Positions 36,583 to 51,500 of a stretch of DNA of 64,000 nt are shown here, one piece after another. The DNA comes from the human T2T-CHM13v2.0 reference genome, Homo sapiens. The position numbers and the translations under genes are program-made. The stretch lies in the NCBI RefSeq assembly GCF_009914755.1, contig NC_060929.1; one strand, 5' to 3'. The notes beneath the pieces are model-generated. The model was given only the letters and a program-made list of their open reading frames with translations, did not search any database and was not told the DNA's origin. Position 1 is the stretch's first letter; each line of letters starts with the position of its first letter.

Positions 36583-39500
36583 TTTTTTTTCAACTTTAAG
36601 TTCCAGGGTACATGTGCAGGATGTGCATGTTTGTTACACAGGGAAATGTGTGCCGTGGTGGTTTGCTGCACAGATCTACCCATAACCTAGGTATTAAGCC
36701 CAGCATCCATTAGCTATTCTTCCTCATGTGCTCCCTCCTCCTGCCCCCATTGACAAGCCCCAGTGTGTGTTGTTCCCTGACCATGTGTCCATATCATTCA
36801 GTTCCCACTTAAAAATGAGAACATGTGGTGTTTGGTTTTCTGTTCTTGTGTTAGTTTGCTGAGGATACAGCTTCCAGCTTCTTCCATGTCCTAGCAAAGG
36901 ACATTATCTCATTCCTTTTTATGGCTGCATAGTATTCCATGGTGTATATGTACCAGATTTTCTTTACTCAGTCTATCCTTGATGAGCATTTTGGTTCATT
37001 CCATGTCTTTGCTGTTGTGAGTAGTGCTGCAATAAACATACACATGCATTTATCTTTATAACAGAATGATTTCTATTCCTTTGGGTGTATAGCCATTAAT
37101 GGGATTTCTGGATCAAATGGTATTTCTGCTCCTAGATCTTTAAGGAATCATCACACTGCCTTCCACGATGGTTGAACTAATTTAAACTCCCGCCAATAGC
37201 GTGAAAGCATTTCTTTTTCTCTGCAACCTTGCCAGCATCTGTTGTTTCTTGACTTTTTAATAATCACCATTCTGACTGGCGTGAAATAGTATCTCATTGT
37301 GACTTTGATTTGCATTCTCTAATAATTAGTGATGTTAACCTTTTCTTCCTCTACGTCTGTTGGCCGCATTTATGTCTTCTTTTGAGAAGTGTCTGTTTAT
37401 GTCCTTAGCCCACTTTAATGGGGTTGTTTTTCACTTGTAAATTTGTTTAAGTTTCTTATAGACTCTGGATATTAGACCCTTGTCAGATGGATAGATTGCA
37501 AAATTTTTCTCCCATTCTGCAGGTTGTCTGTTCACTCTGATGATAGTTTCTTTTGCTGTCCAGAAGCTGTTTTGTTTAATTAGATCCCATTTGTCAATTT
37601 TTGCTTTAGTTGCAATTGCTTTTGGCATTTTATCATGAAATCTTTGCCCCTGCCTATGTCCTGAATGGTATTACCTAGATTTTCTTCCAAGGTTTTAGTA
37701 GTTTGGGGTTTTATATTTGTCCTTAATCAATCTTGAGTTAATTTTTTCTGCATATGGCTAGCCAGTTCTCCCAGTATCACTTATTAAATAGGTAATCCTT
37801 CCCCTATTGCTTGTTTTTGTCAGGTTTGTAAAAAATCAGATAGTTGTAGGTGTGTGGTCTTATTTCTGAGTTCTCTATTCTGTTTCATTGTTTCATTTCT
37901 ATGTGTCATTTTTTTATACTGGTACCATGATGTTTGGGTTACTGTAGCCTTGTAGTATAATTTGAAGTCAGGTAACATGATGCCTTCAGCTTTGTTCTTT
38001 TTGCATAGGGTTGTCTTGGCTTTCCAAGCTCTTTTTTTTGGTTCCATTTGAAATATAAAATAGTTTTTCCTAATTTTATGAAGAATGGCAATAGTAGTTT
38101 AATGGGAATAGCATTGAATCTATAAAATACTCTGGGCAATATGGCCATTTTCACAATATTGATTCATCCTACTCACAAGCATGAAATATTTTTTTTATTT
38201 GTTTGTGTCTTCTCTGAATGTCCTTGAGCAATTGTTGGTAGTTCTTGAAGAGATCCTTCACTTCCCGTTAGCTGTATTCCTAGGTATTTTAATCTCTTTA
38301 TAGCAATTGCAAATGGGAGTTCATTTCTGATTTGGCTATCTGCTCACCTTTTGTTGGTGTATAGGAATGCTGGCAAATTCTGTGCATTGATTTTGTATCC
38401 TGAGACTTTGCTGAAGTTGCTTATCAACTTAAGAAGCTTTTGCACTGAGATGATGGGGTTTTGTAGATACAGGATCATGTCATCTGCAAACAAAGATAAT
38501 TTAACTTCCTATCTTGAATAGGAGTGGGGAGAAAGGGCATCCTTGTCTTGTGCTGGATTTCAAGGGGAATGCTTCCAGTTTTTGCCCATTCAGTATGATA
38601 TTGGCTGTGGGTTTGTCATGTATGGCTATTATTTTGAGGTATGTTCCTTCAACACCTAGTTTATTGAGAGTTTTTAACATGAAGGGATGTTTAATTTTAT
38701 CCAAGGCCTTTTCTGTGTCTATTGAGATAATCATGTGGTTTTTGTCTTTAGTTCTGTTTATGTGATGTTATGTTTAGTCTGTTTCTGTGATAAATTACAT
38801 TTATTGACTTGCATATATGTTGAACCAGCTTTGCAACCCAGGGATGAAGCCAACTTGATCGCGGTGGACAAGCTTTTTGATTGCTGCTGAATTTGGTTTC
38901 CTAGCATTTTATTGAGGATTTTTGCATTGACATTCATCAGGGATCTTGGCCGGAAGTTTTCTTTTTTTGTAGTATCTCTGCCAGGTTTTGGTATCAGGAT
39001 GATGCTGGCTTCATAAAATGAGTTAGGGAGCAGTTCCTTTTTTTCAATTGCTTGGAATAGTTTCAGTGGAAATCATACCAACTCTTCTTTGTACCTCTGA
39101 TAGAATTCAGCTGTAAATCCATCTGGTCCTGGGCTTTTTTTGCTTGATAGGCTATTTATTACTGCCTCAATTTCAGAACTTGTTATTGGTCTATTCAGGG
39201 ATTCAATTCCTTCCTGGTTCAATCTTGGGAGGGTGTATGTGTCCAGCAATCTATCCATTTCTTCTAGATTTTCCAGTTTATTTGCATAGAAGTGTTTATA
39301 GTATTTTTCTGATGGTTATTTGTATTTCTTTGGAGTCAGTGGTGATATCCCCTTGTCATTTCTGATTGTGTCTATTTGATTATTCTATTAGTCTAGCTAG
39401 CCATCTATTTCATTATTTTTTTCAAAAAACTGGCTCTTGGATTTGTTGATTTTTTTGAAGAGTTTTTCGTGTCTCTGTCTCCTTCAGTTCTTTCTGTGTA

Positions 39501-42500
39501 AGGTTGTCTTTTTGTGTGGGTTGCTCTGATCTTGGTTATTTCTTGTCTTCTGCTAGCTTTGGTGTTTGCTCTTGGTTTAGTTACTTTAGTTATGATGTTA
39601 GGTTGTTGATTTCACATCTTTCTAGCTTTTTGATGTGGACATGTAGTGCTATAAATTTCCCTCTCAACACTGCCTTAACTGCATCGCAGAGATTCTGATA
39701 TGCTGTCTCTTTGTTCTCATTAGTTTCAGGGTACTACTTGATTTCTGCCTTAATTTCATTATTTACCCAGAAGTCATTCAGGAGCGGGTTGTCCAACTTC
39801 CATGTAGTTGTGTGGTTTTGAGTCACTTTCTTCAACTTGCATTCTAATTTGATTGCACTGTGGTCTAAGAGACTGTTTGTTATGATTTCCATTCTTTTGC
39901 ATTTGCTGAGGAGTGTTTTACTTCCAATTATGTGATCAGTTTTAGGGTAAGTGCCATGTGGCAATGAAAATAATGTATATTCTTTTGCTTTTTGGTGAAG
40001 AGTCCTGTAGATATCTATCAGGTCGGCTTGATCCAGAGCTGAGTTCAGGTCCTGAATATCTTTGTCAATTTTCTGTTTTCATGATCTAATATGGTAAGTG
40101 GAGTGTTAAAGTCTCCCACTATTATTGTGTGGGAGTCTAAGTCTCTTTGTAAGTCTCTAAGAACTTGCTTTATGAATTTGGGTGCTCCTATATTGGGTCC
40201 ATATATATTTAGGAGAGTTAGCTCTTCTCATTGCACTGAAGCCTTTACCATTATGTAAATGCCCTTGTCTTTTTTGATCTTTGTTGGTTTAAAGTCTGTT
40301 TTGTCAGAAACTAAGACCCCTGCTCTCTTCCGTTTTCCATGTGCTTGGTAAATTTTCCTCCATTCCTTTATTTTCAGCCTATGTATGTCTTTGCATGTAA
40401 GATGGGTCTCTTGAAGACAGCATACCAATGGGTCTTGACTCTTTATCCAGCTTGCCATTCTGTGTCTTTTAGTTGGGGCATTTACTCCATTTGCATTTAA
40501 GGTTAATATTGTTATGTATGAATCTGATCCTGTCATCATGATGCTAGATGGTTATTTTGCAGACTTGTTTATGTGGTTGCTTCATAGTGTCACTGGTCTA
40601 TATACTTCAGGGGGTTTTTGTAGTTGCTGGTAACAGTTTTTCTTTTCCATATTTAGTGCTTTTGTCAGGGGCTTTTGCAAGGCAGGCCTGGTGGTGATGA
40701 ATTCCCTCAGCATTTGCTTGTCTGAAAAGGATCTTATTTCTCCTACACTTATGAAGCTTAGTTTGGCCAGATATGAAATTCTGGGTTGGAAATTCTTTTT
40801 TTAAAGAATGTTGACTATTGGCCTCCAAACTCCTGGCTTGTAGGGTTTCTGCTGAGAGGTCTGCTGTTAGTCTGATGGGCTTCCCTTTGTAGGTGACCTG
40901 ACCTTTCTCTCTGGCTGCCCTTAACATTTGTTCTTCCATTTCAACCTTGGAGGTTCTGATGATTATGTGTCTTGGGGTTGATTTTCTCATGGAGAGGAAC
41001 CCCTTACAGGAGTTCTCTGAAGCTACTGCATTTGAATTTTGGACTATCTTGCTAGGTTGGGGAAGTTCTCCTGGATGATATCCTAAAGTATGTTTTCTAA
41101 CTTAGTTCTGTTTTCCCACCTCCTTAGGTAGCCCAATCAGTCATAGTCTTGGTCTTTTTACATAATCCCATAGTTCTTGGAGGTTTTTTTCATTCCTTTT
41201 GATTATTTTTTCTCTATTCTTGTCTGTCCGTCTTATTTCAGAAAGAGAGTCTTGAAGCTCAGATTTTTTCCTCCACTTGGTCTATTCTACTATTGATACT
41301 TGTGATTGCATTGTGAGGTTTTCATGTGTGTTTTTCAGCTCCATCAGGTCAGTTATGTTCCTCTCTAAACTGGCTATTCTGCTTATCAGCTCCTGTATTG
41401 TTTTATCATGATTCTTAGCTTCTTTGCAATGGGTTAGAACATTCTCCTTTGGCTCAGTGAAATTTGTTATTACCCACCTTCTGAATCCTACTCCTGCCAA
41501 TTCAACCATCTCAGCCTCAACCCAGTTCTGTGCCCTTGCTGGAGAGGTGCTGTGGTCACTTGGAGGAGAAGAGGCACTCTGGCTTTCTTAGTTTTCAGGG
41601 GTTTTGCTTTGATTCTTTCTCATCTTTGTGGGCTTACCTACTTTCGATATTTGAGGTTGCTAACCTTTGAATGGGGTTTTAATGAGGTCTCTTTTTGTTG
41701 ATGTTGTTGTTTTCCCCCCTTTTAACAGTCAGGCCACTTTTCCATAGGGCTGCTGTTGTTTGCTGGGGATCCACTCCAGCTTATTGTTGCCTCAGTTCCT
41801 CCCACACCTGGAGTTGTGCACCAGCGAAGGCTGCAAAACAGCAAAGATGGCAGTTTGCTCCTTCCTCTGGCAGCTCCACCCCAGTAAGGCAACAGCCCAA
41901 TGCCAGCCTGAACACTCCTGTAGAAGGTATCTGGAGACTCCTGTTGGGAGGTCTCACCCAGTCAGGAGTAACGGGATCAGGGACCTGCTTTAAAAAGCAG
42001 TCTGGCTGCCCCTTGGCAGAACAGATGCTCTGGGGGGGATCCCTGCCTCATCCAGACCCCCCAGGTTCTCCAGAGTGCAGGCTGGAAAGACTAAGTCAAC
42101 TGAACTGTAGTGATAGTGGCTGCCCCTCCTTGCAGGGGCTCTGTCCCAGGGAGAGATCAGAGTTCCATCCATGTAACTCTGGCTGGAGTTGCTAAAATTC
42201 CCACAGGGAGGCCCTGCCTGGTAAGGAGGGATGGGTTGGAGTCCCACCCACTTGAGGAAGCAGTTTTGCCATGATCTGGCACAGTAGCGGTACTATGTTG
42301 TGGGGAACTCCTCCCAGTCTGGACCACTTGGACTCCCCACAGCCAGCCGGCAAGAACTGCCAACTCAAACCGCAGAGATCCGCCTCAGGCAGTCTCCAGC
42401 CTGCTGCTGCTGGCCAGCTGGAATTCCAAGCCAGTGGGTCTTAACTTGTGAGGTGCCATGGGAGTGAGGCCTGCATAATGACACCACTTGGCTCCCTGGA

Positions 42501-42974
42501 TTCAGCCCCCTTCCTAGGAAATGGATCTCCCACCTTGCCAGAATTCCCAAGACCAGAGTATGCAAAGCTCCTGGGTCTCTGTGTGTGCCCAAGCAGCCAC
42601 TTCGCCAAGACCACACACTCTGTGCTTTGGACCAGAGGCCGTGGAGGGGTGGGCTCACAAGGGGATCTCCTGATCTATGGATTGCAAAGATCCATGGGAA
42701 AAGCATGCTTTCCCAGGTGGGGTCGCACAGTCAGTCATCACCTCCCTTGGCTGGGAATGTGGGCTCCCCTGGCTCTGTGCCTCTCCCAGATGGGATATCT
42801 CCCCACCCTGCTTTTCCTTGCTCTCCATGGGTTGAGCTGTCCACCTAGTCAGTCCCAATGCAAGAACCTGGATTCCTCAGTTGAAGGTGCAGAATTCACT
42901 TGCTGTTTTTATTTCACTTTGTGAGAGCTGCAGACTGCAGCTGCGTCTAATCAACCATCTTGGCCCACCCACCC
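36583..42974 (-). mobile_element. Full-length (~6.4 kb) decayed L1PA8-like element
   Basis: ORF2 start fragment MTGSDSYITILTLNANG (40228..40539), ORF1 fragments (40607..40990, 41282..41509), long 5' UTR ending ccatcttggcccaccc. Degenerate TSD ttagaattattttttt / ttaaaattgtttcttt. Confidence 0.93.
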
Positions 42975-43009
42975 AAAAAAGTTAAAATTGTTTCTTTAAA
43001 ATATGTGTT

Positions 43010-43111
43010 GCTATCCTTTGGCTCTGTGTTCCCACCAAAATCTGTCAAATTGTAACTCCCAGTGTTGGAAGAGGGGTCTCATGGGAAGTGATTGAATCAT
43101 GGGGGCAGATT
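43010..43111. mobile_element. MST/THE1-type LTR fragment
   Basis: tttggctctgtgttcccaccaaaatct..aattgtaactcccagtgttgga..gtgattgaatcatgggggcagatt. Confidence 0.7.
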
Positions 43112-43624
43112 GATTTGTGGTTTAATTGATTACCCATAAATATAGAAATGATTACATCTGTTCTTTCAACTCCAGTTAGGTGTGGATCTAGGCTAAGGAA
43201 ACTGAATGCTGAGATTTATGGCAATTTTGGGACTACTACAACTGGTAAGAAGCTTCCTTGTCTCCAGTTGTCAAGGCATTTAAGAAAAATTAATCCAGGA
43301 GATTTTATTATTGTAAGAAGTACACAATACTGATATTGTGAACAAAGTATGCCAACGATGGCACTTGGTAATAATAATGTATTATATCAATAGACTTTCT
43401 CCTACTAAAGGTTACTGATGGCATTTTAAGATATTTTTTAAACTACAGTTTCCCTCAATTTTATCATAAAAATTATTAAAATGTTGTAAATGAACATTCA
43501 TTTATCACTTAAGTTTACTAGTAAACATTTTATCACATGTTTTCACCTCCCTGCCTTCCCTCTCCATTTGTGCATTGGAAAACACACACTCTCACGCACT
43601 CTCTCTTGTTTAAAGGTAAGGTAT

Positions 43625-45402
43625 ACAAGGAGGTGAAAGATCTCTACAAGGATAACTACAAAACACTGCAGAAAGAAATCACAGATGACACAAACAAATG
43701 GAAAAACATTTCATACTCATGGTTTGAAAGAATTAGTATCATTTAAATGGTTATGTTGCCCAAAGCAATCTACAAATTTAATGCTATTTCTATCAATCTA
43801 TCAATGCCACTATTCGCAGAATTAGAAAAAAAAAAACTATTCTAAAATTCAGATTGAACGAAAAAAGAGCCCAAATAGCCAAAGCAAGCCTAAGCCAAAA
43901 GAACAAAGGCAGAGGATCACATTACTCATCTTCAAACTATAAAGCTACAGTAACCAAAACAGCATGGTACTGGTACAAAAACAAACACAGACTAATGGAA
44001 CAGAATAGAGAACCCAGAAATAAAGCCACACACTTTAAACCATCTGATCTTCAACAAAGTTGACAAAAATAAGCAATGGGGAAATGAGTCACTGTTCAAT
44101 AACTGGTGCTGGATTAGCTGGCTAGCCATATGCAGCAAAATGAAACTGGACCCCTACCTTTAATCATATACAAAATTCGCAGTGTTGGGAAGATTTAAAT
44201 GTAAAACCTCAAAGTATACTTATTCTAGAAGAAAAACTAGGAAATAACATTCTGGAAATAAGCCTGGGCAAAGAATTCATGACTAAGTCCTCAAAAGTAA
44301 TTGCAACAAAAACAAATATTGACAAATGAAACCTAATTATACCAAAGAGCTTCTGCATAGCAAAAGAAGCTATCAACAGAGTAAACAGACAACCTACAAA
44401 ATGAGAGAAAATATTCATAAGCTATGGTCTGACAAAGGTCAAATATCCAGAACTTAAATTTACAAGCAAAAAAAAAAAAAAAAAACCCATTAAAAAGTAG
44501 GCAAAGGACATGAGCAGACACTTCTCAAAGACATATAAGTAGCCAACAAACATATGAGAAAATGCTTGACATCACTGATCATCAGAGAAATACAAATAAA
44601 AACCACAATGAGATGCTATCTCACACCAGTCAGAAAGATAGATGGGTGCTCCCAAGGCTGCAAAGAACAGGGAATGCTTATACACTGCTGGTGAGAATCT
44701 AAAGTATGTTAGCCATTGTGGAAAGCAGTTTGGAGATTTCTCAAAGAGCCTAAAACAGAACTACCACTGGACCCAGCAATTTTATTACTGGGTATATATC
44801 CAAAGGAAACTAAATCACTCTGTCAAAAAGACACATGCACTCATATGTTCATTGCAGCACTATTCCCAATAGCAAAGACACGGAATCAACCTAGGTGCCT
44901 ATCAACAGTGGATCTGATAAAGAAAATGTGGTACATATATACCATGGAATACTATACAACCATATAAAAGAATGTAATCACGTCCTTTACAGCAACATGG
45001 ATGCAGCTAGAGGCCATTATCCTAAGCAAATTAATGCAGGAACAAAAAACCAAATGCCACATGTTCTCACTTGTGAGAATTAAACACTGGGTACACATGG
45101 ACATAAAGATAGGAAAAATAGACTAGAGACTATAGAAAAATAAAAGATAGGAAAAATAGACTAGACTATAGAAAAATAAAGATAGGAAAAATAGACTAGA
45201 GACTACTGGAGCTGTGGGAAAGAGAGGAAAGGGTCTGAAAAACTACCTATTGGGTACTATGCTCACTATCTAAGTGGTGGGATCATTTGTACCCCAACCC
45301 TCAGCATTATGCAATGTACCATAAACCTGCACATGTACCCTCTGGATCTAAAATAAAAGTTGAAATTATTTTTAAAAATTAAATAAATGAATTAAAATAA
45401 AA
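43625..45402 (+). mobile_element. 5'-truncated L1PA15/16-like 3' fragment
   Basis: ORF2 C-terminal fragments and 3' UTR ctgaaaaactacctattgggtactatgctcacta...ctaaaataaaagttgaaatt. Confidence 0.85.
45103..45205 (+). repeat. Minisatellite, ~35-38-bp unit, about 2.7 copies
   Basis: gataggaaaaatagactaga(ga)ctatagaaaaataaa units starting at 45108, 45146 and 45181. Confidence 0.85.
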
Positions 45403-45522
45403 GTGAGGTAGACATCATGATTTCATTTCTAAATATAGTTCGGAGTGGATCTCTTCAGGAAAAAAAAAGACATTATTCTTTATTAACTACAATAGCAATT
45501 GTCACAGTTTTTTTAAATGGAT

Positions 45523-48500
45523 GGGAGGGGAGGGGCCAAGGTGGCTGAATAGAAACAGCTCCGGTTTGCAGCTCCCAGCGAGACCAACTCAGAAGGTGGG
45601 TGATTTCTGCATTTCCAACTGAGGTACCCAGTTCATCTCAGTGGGACTGGATAGGCAGTGGGTGCAACCCACAGAGAGTGAACAGAAGCAAGATGGGGCG
45701 TCACTTCACGTAGGAAGTGCAAGGGACCTCCCTCCCCCAGCCAACGGAAGCTGTGAGGGACTGTGCTACCCAGCCTGGGTACTATGCTTTTCTAATGGTT
45801 TTTGCAATCTGCAGATCAGTAGATTCCCTCATGAGCCTACACCACCAGGGCCCCGGGTTTCAAGCACAAAACTGGGTGGCTGAGCAGGCACCAAACTGCA
45901 GGAGATTTTTTTTTTTCATACCCCAGTGGTGCCTGGAACCCTGGCAAGACAGAACCATTCACTCCCCTGGATAGGAGGCTGAAGCCAGGGAGCCAAGTGG
46001 TCTCACTCAGCGGGTCCCACTCCCATGGAGCCCAGCAAGCTAAGAACCACTGGCTTGAAATTCTCACTGCCAGCACAGAAGTCTGGAGTTGACGTGGGAT
46101 GATGCAGCTTGGAGTGGGGAGGGGCATCCACCATTACTGAGGCTTTAGTAGGTGGTTTTCCCCTGACAGTGCTAAGGAGACTAGGAGGTTAGGACTGGGC
46201 AGAATTTACCACAGTGTGGCAAAGCGGCTGTGGCCAGACTGCTTCTCTCGATTGCTCCTCACCGGGCAGGGCATCTCTGAAGAAAATGGAGCAGCCCCAG
46301 TCAGAGGCTTACAGATAAAACTGTCATCTTCATGGGACAGAGCACCTGTGGGGAGGGCCGTCTGTGGGCGCAGCTTCAGCGGACTTAATCTTTTCTGCCT
46401 GCCAGCTCTGAAGAGAGCAGCTGATCCTTACAAGGGCGATTCTCCCAGCAAAGTGCACCAGCTCTGCAAAGGGACAGACTGCCTCCTCAAGTGGGTCCCT
46501 GACCCCCATGCCTCCTCACTGGGAGACACCTCCCAACAGGGATCGACAGAAACCTCATACAAGAGAGCTCCAGCTGGCATCAGGCTTCTGGGACGAAGCT
46601 TCCAGAGGAAGGAGCAGGCAGCAATCTTTGCTATTCTGCATCCTCCACTGGCGATACCCAGGTGAACACGGTCTGGAGTGAACCTCCAGCAAAATGCAGC
46701 AGACATGCAGAAGAGGAACCTGACTGTTAGAAAAAAAACTAACAGAACACAACAACAACCAAAAAACCCACACAGAAACCCCATCCAAAGGTCACCAACC
46801 TCAAAGATCAAAGATAGATATATCCATGAAGATGAGGAAAAACCAGCGTAAAAACACTCAAGATTCCAAAAACCAGAATGCCTCTTCTCTTCCAAATGAT
46901 GGCAACTCCTCTCCAGCAAGGGCACAAAACTGGACAGAGATGAGATTGATGAATTGACAGAAGTAGGCTTCAGAAGGCAGGTAATAACAAACTCCTGTGA
47001 GCTAAAGGAGCATCTTCTAACCCAAGGCAAGAAAGCTAAGAACCTTGACAAAAGGTTACGGGAACTGCTAACTAGAATAACTAGAGTTTACAGAGGAACA
47101 TAAATGAACTGATGGAGGTGAAAATCACAGCACAAGAACTTTGTGAAGCATACACAAGTATCAATAGCTGAATTGATCAAGCGGAACAAAAGATATCAAA
47201 GATTAAAGATCAACTTGCTGAAATAAGGCATAAAGACAAGATTGGAGAAGAATGAAAGGGAACAAACAAAGCCTCCAAGAAATGTGAGACTATGTAAAAA
47301 GACCAAACTTACAATTGATTGGTGTACCTGAGAGTGACAGGGAGAATGGAACCAAGTTGGAAAACACACTTCAGGATATTATCCAGGAGAACTACCCCAA
47401 CCTAGCAAGACAGGCTGACATTCAAATTCAGGAAATATAGAGAACACCACTAAGATACTCCAAACCCCAGGAAACATAAGCATCAGATTCTCCAAGATTG
47501 ACACAAAGGAAAAATTGTTAAGGGCAACCAGAGAGAAAGGTCAGGTTACCTACAAAGGGAAGCCGATCAGATTAACAGCAGACCTCTCAGCAGAAACCCT
47601 ACAAGCCAGAAGAGAGTGGGGGCCAATATTCAACATTCTTAAAGAAAAGAATTATCAACCCAGAATTTCATATCCAGCCAAACTAAGCTTCATAAGTGAA
47701 GGAGAAATAAAACCCTTTACAAACAAGCAAATTCTGAGGGATTCTGTCACCATCAGGCCTGCCTTACAAGAGCTCCCAAAGGAAGCACTAAACATGGAAA
47801 GGAACAATCAGTACCAGCCACTGCAAAAACATATCAAATTGTAAAGACCATCGACACTATGAAGCAACCACATAAACAAGTTTGCAAAATAACCAGATAG
47901 CATCATGATGACAGGATCAAACTCACACATACACACATAACAATATTAACCTTAAATGCAAATGGGCTAAATACCCCAATTAAAAGACACAGACTGCCAA
48001 GTTGGATAAAGAGTCAAAACCCATTGGTGTGCTATGTTCAGGAGACCCACCTCACAGGCAGAGAGACACAAAGGCTCAAAATAAAGGCATAAGGGAATAT
48101 TTACCAAGCAAATGAAAAGGAAAAAAAAGCAGGGGTTGCAATCCTAGTCTCTGATAAAACAGACTTTAAGCCAACAAAGATAAAAAAAAACACAAAGAAG
48201 GGCATTACATGATGGTAAAGGGATCAGTGCAACAAGAAAAGCTAACTATCCTAAATATAAATGGACCCAATACAGAAGCACCCAGATTCATAAAGCAAGT
48301 TCTTAGAGACCTACAAAGAGACTTAAGACTCCCACACAATAATAGTGGGAGACTTTAACACCCCATTGTCAATATTAGACAAATCAACAGGACAAAAAAT
48401 TAGCAAGGATATTCAGTACATGAACTCAGCTTTGGGTCAAGTAGACCTAATAGACATCTACAGCACTCTCTACCCCACATCAACAGAATATACATTCTTC

Positions 48501-51500
48501 TCAGTGCCACATGGTACTTATTCTAAAATTGACCACATAATTGGAAGTAAAACGCTCAGCAAATGTAAAAGAATGGAAATCATAACAAACAGTCTCTCAC
48601 ATCACAGTGCAATCAAATTAGAACTTAGGATTAGAAACTCACTCAAAACCACACAACTACATGGAAATTGATCAACCTGCTCCTGAATGACTCCTGGGTA
48701 AATAACAAACTTAAGGCAGAAATAAAGAACTTCTTTGAAACCAATGAGAACAAAGAGACAATATACCAGAATCTCTGGGACATAGCTAAAGCAGAGTTAA
48801 GAGGGAAACTGATAGCACTAAATGCCCACATCAGAAAGCTGGAAAGATCTGAAATAGACACCCTAACATCACAATTAAAAGAACTAGAGAGGCAAGAGCA
48901 AACACATTCAAAAGCTAGCAGAAGACAAGAAATAGCTAAGATCAGAGCAGAACTGAAGGAGAGAGAGACACAAAAAACCCTTCAAAAAATAATTGAATCC
49001 AGGTGCTGGTATTTTGAAAAAAATTAACAAAATAGATAGACCACTAGCTAGACTAATAAAGAAGAAAAGAGAGAAGAATCAAATAGACACAATACAAAAC
49101 GATGAAGGGGATATCACCACTGATTCCACAGAAATACAAATAACCATCAGAGAATACTATAAACACCTCTACACAAATAAGCTAGAAAATCTAGAAGAAA
49201 TGGATAAATTCCTGGACATGTACACCCTCCCAAGACTAAACCAGGAAGAAGTCGAACCCCTGAATAGACCAATAACAATTTCTGACATTGAGGTAGTAAT
49301 AGCCCACCAACCAAAAAAAGCCCAGGATCAGACAGATTCACGCCGAATTGTACCCGAGATACAAAGAGGAGCTGGTACCTTTCCTTCTGGAACTATTCCA
49401 AACAATAGAAAAAGAGGGACTCCTCCGTAACTTATTTTATGAGGCCAGCATCATCCTGGTATCAAAACCTGGCAGAGATACAACAAAAAAAAATTTCAAA
49501 CCAATATCCCTGATGAACATCAATGCGAAAATCCTCAATACTGACAAACTGAATCCAGTGGTACATCAAAAAGCTTATCTACCACAATCAAGTCGGCTTC
49601 ATCCCTGGGATGCAAAGCTGGGTTCAACATATGCAAATCAATAAACATAGTCCATCACATAAACAGAATCAATGACAAAAACCACACGATTATCTCAATA
49701 GATGCAGAAATGACCTTTGATAAAATTCAACATCCCTTCATGTTAAAATACACTAGGTGTTGATGGAACATATCTCAAAATAATAAGAGCTATTTATGAC
49801 AAACCCATAGCCAGTATCACACTGAATGGGCAAAAACTGGATGCATTCCCTTTGAAAACCGGCACAAGACAAGGATGCCCTCTCTCACCACTCCTATTCA
49901 ACATAGTGTTGGAAGTTCTGGCCAGGGCAATCAGGCAAGAGAAAGAAATAAAAGGTATTCAAATAGGAAGAGAGGAAGTCAAATTGTCTGTTTGCAGATG
50001 ACATTATTGTATATTTAGAAAATCCCATAATCTCAGCCCAAAAACTCCTTAAGCTGATAAGCAACTTCAGCAAAGTCTCAGGATACGAAATCAATGTGCA
50101 AAAATCACCAGCATTCCTATACACCAACAATAGACAAGCAGACAGCCAAATCATGAGTGAACCCCTATTCACAATTGGTACAAAGAGAATAAATACCTAG
50201 GAATCCAACTTACAAGGGATGTGAAGGACCTCTTCAAGGAGAACTACAAACCACTGCTCAAGGAAATAAGAGAATATGCAAACAAATGTAAAAAAAAAAT
50301 TCCATGTTCATGGATAGGAAGAATCAATATTGTGAAAATTGCCATACGGCCCAAAGTAATCTGTAGATTCAATGCTATTCCCATCAAGCCACCATTGACT
50401 TTCTTTGTAGAATTAGAAAAAATTGCCTTAAAGTTCATATGGACCAAAAAAGAGCCCATATACCCAAGACAATCCTAAGCAAAAAAAATAAAGCTGGAGG
50501 CATCACGCTACCTGACTTCAAACTATACTACAAGGCTACAGTAACCAAAACAGCATGGTACTGGTTCCAAAACAGATACATAGGATGATAGAACAGAACA
50601 GAGACCTCAAAAATAATGTCACAAATCTACAACCATCTGATCTTTGACAAACCTGACAGAAACAAGCAATGGGGAAAGGATTCCCTATTTAATAAATGAT
50701 GCTGCAAAAACTGGCTAGCCATATGCAGAAAACTGAAACTGAACCCCTTCCTTATCCCTTAGACAAAAATTAACTCAAGATGAATTAAAGACTTAAATGT
50801 AAAACCCAAAACCCAAAACCATAAAAACTCTAGAAGAAAACCTAGCCAATGCCATTCAGGACGTAGGTATGGGCAAAGACTTCATGACTAAAACACCAAA
50901 ATCCATTGCAACAAAAACCAAAATTGACAAATGGGATCTAATTAAACCTACAGAGCTTCTGTACAGCAAAAGAAACTATCATCAGAGTGAACAGGCAACC
51001 CACAGAACGGGAGAAAATGTTTGCAATCTACCCATCTGACAAAGGTCTAATATCCAGAATCTAGAAGAAACTTAAACACACTTACAGTAAAAAAAAAAAA
51101 AAAAAAACCATCAAAAAGTGGGTGAAGGATATGAACAGACACTTCTCAAAAGAAGACATGTATGTGGCCAACAAACATATAAAAAAAAACTTTATCAACA
51201 CTGTCATTAGAGAAATGCAAATCAAAACCACAATGAGATACCATCTCACACCAGTTAGAATGGTGATTATTAAAAAGTCAGGAAACAACAGATGCTGGAG
51301 AGGCTGTGGAGAAATAGGAACGCTTTTACACGGTTGGTGGGAGTGTAAATTAGTTCAACCATTGTGGAAGACAATGTGGCCATTCCTCAAGGACCTAGAA
51401 CCAGAAATACCATTTGACCCAGCAATCCTATTACTGGGTATATACCCAAAGGATTATAAATCATTCTACTATAAAGACACATGTACATGTATGTTTATTG

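Noticed and set aside
46428-47051. 207-aa minus-strand ORF, and similar ORFs at 41695-42924
   Set aside because: Antisense or alternative frames of GC-richer L1 5' UTR and ORF1 sequence, a common artefact.
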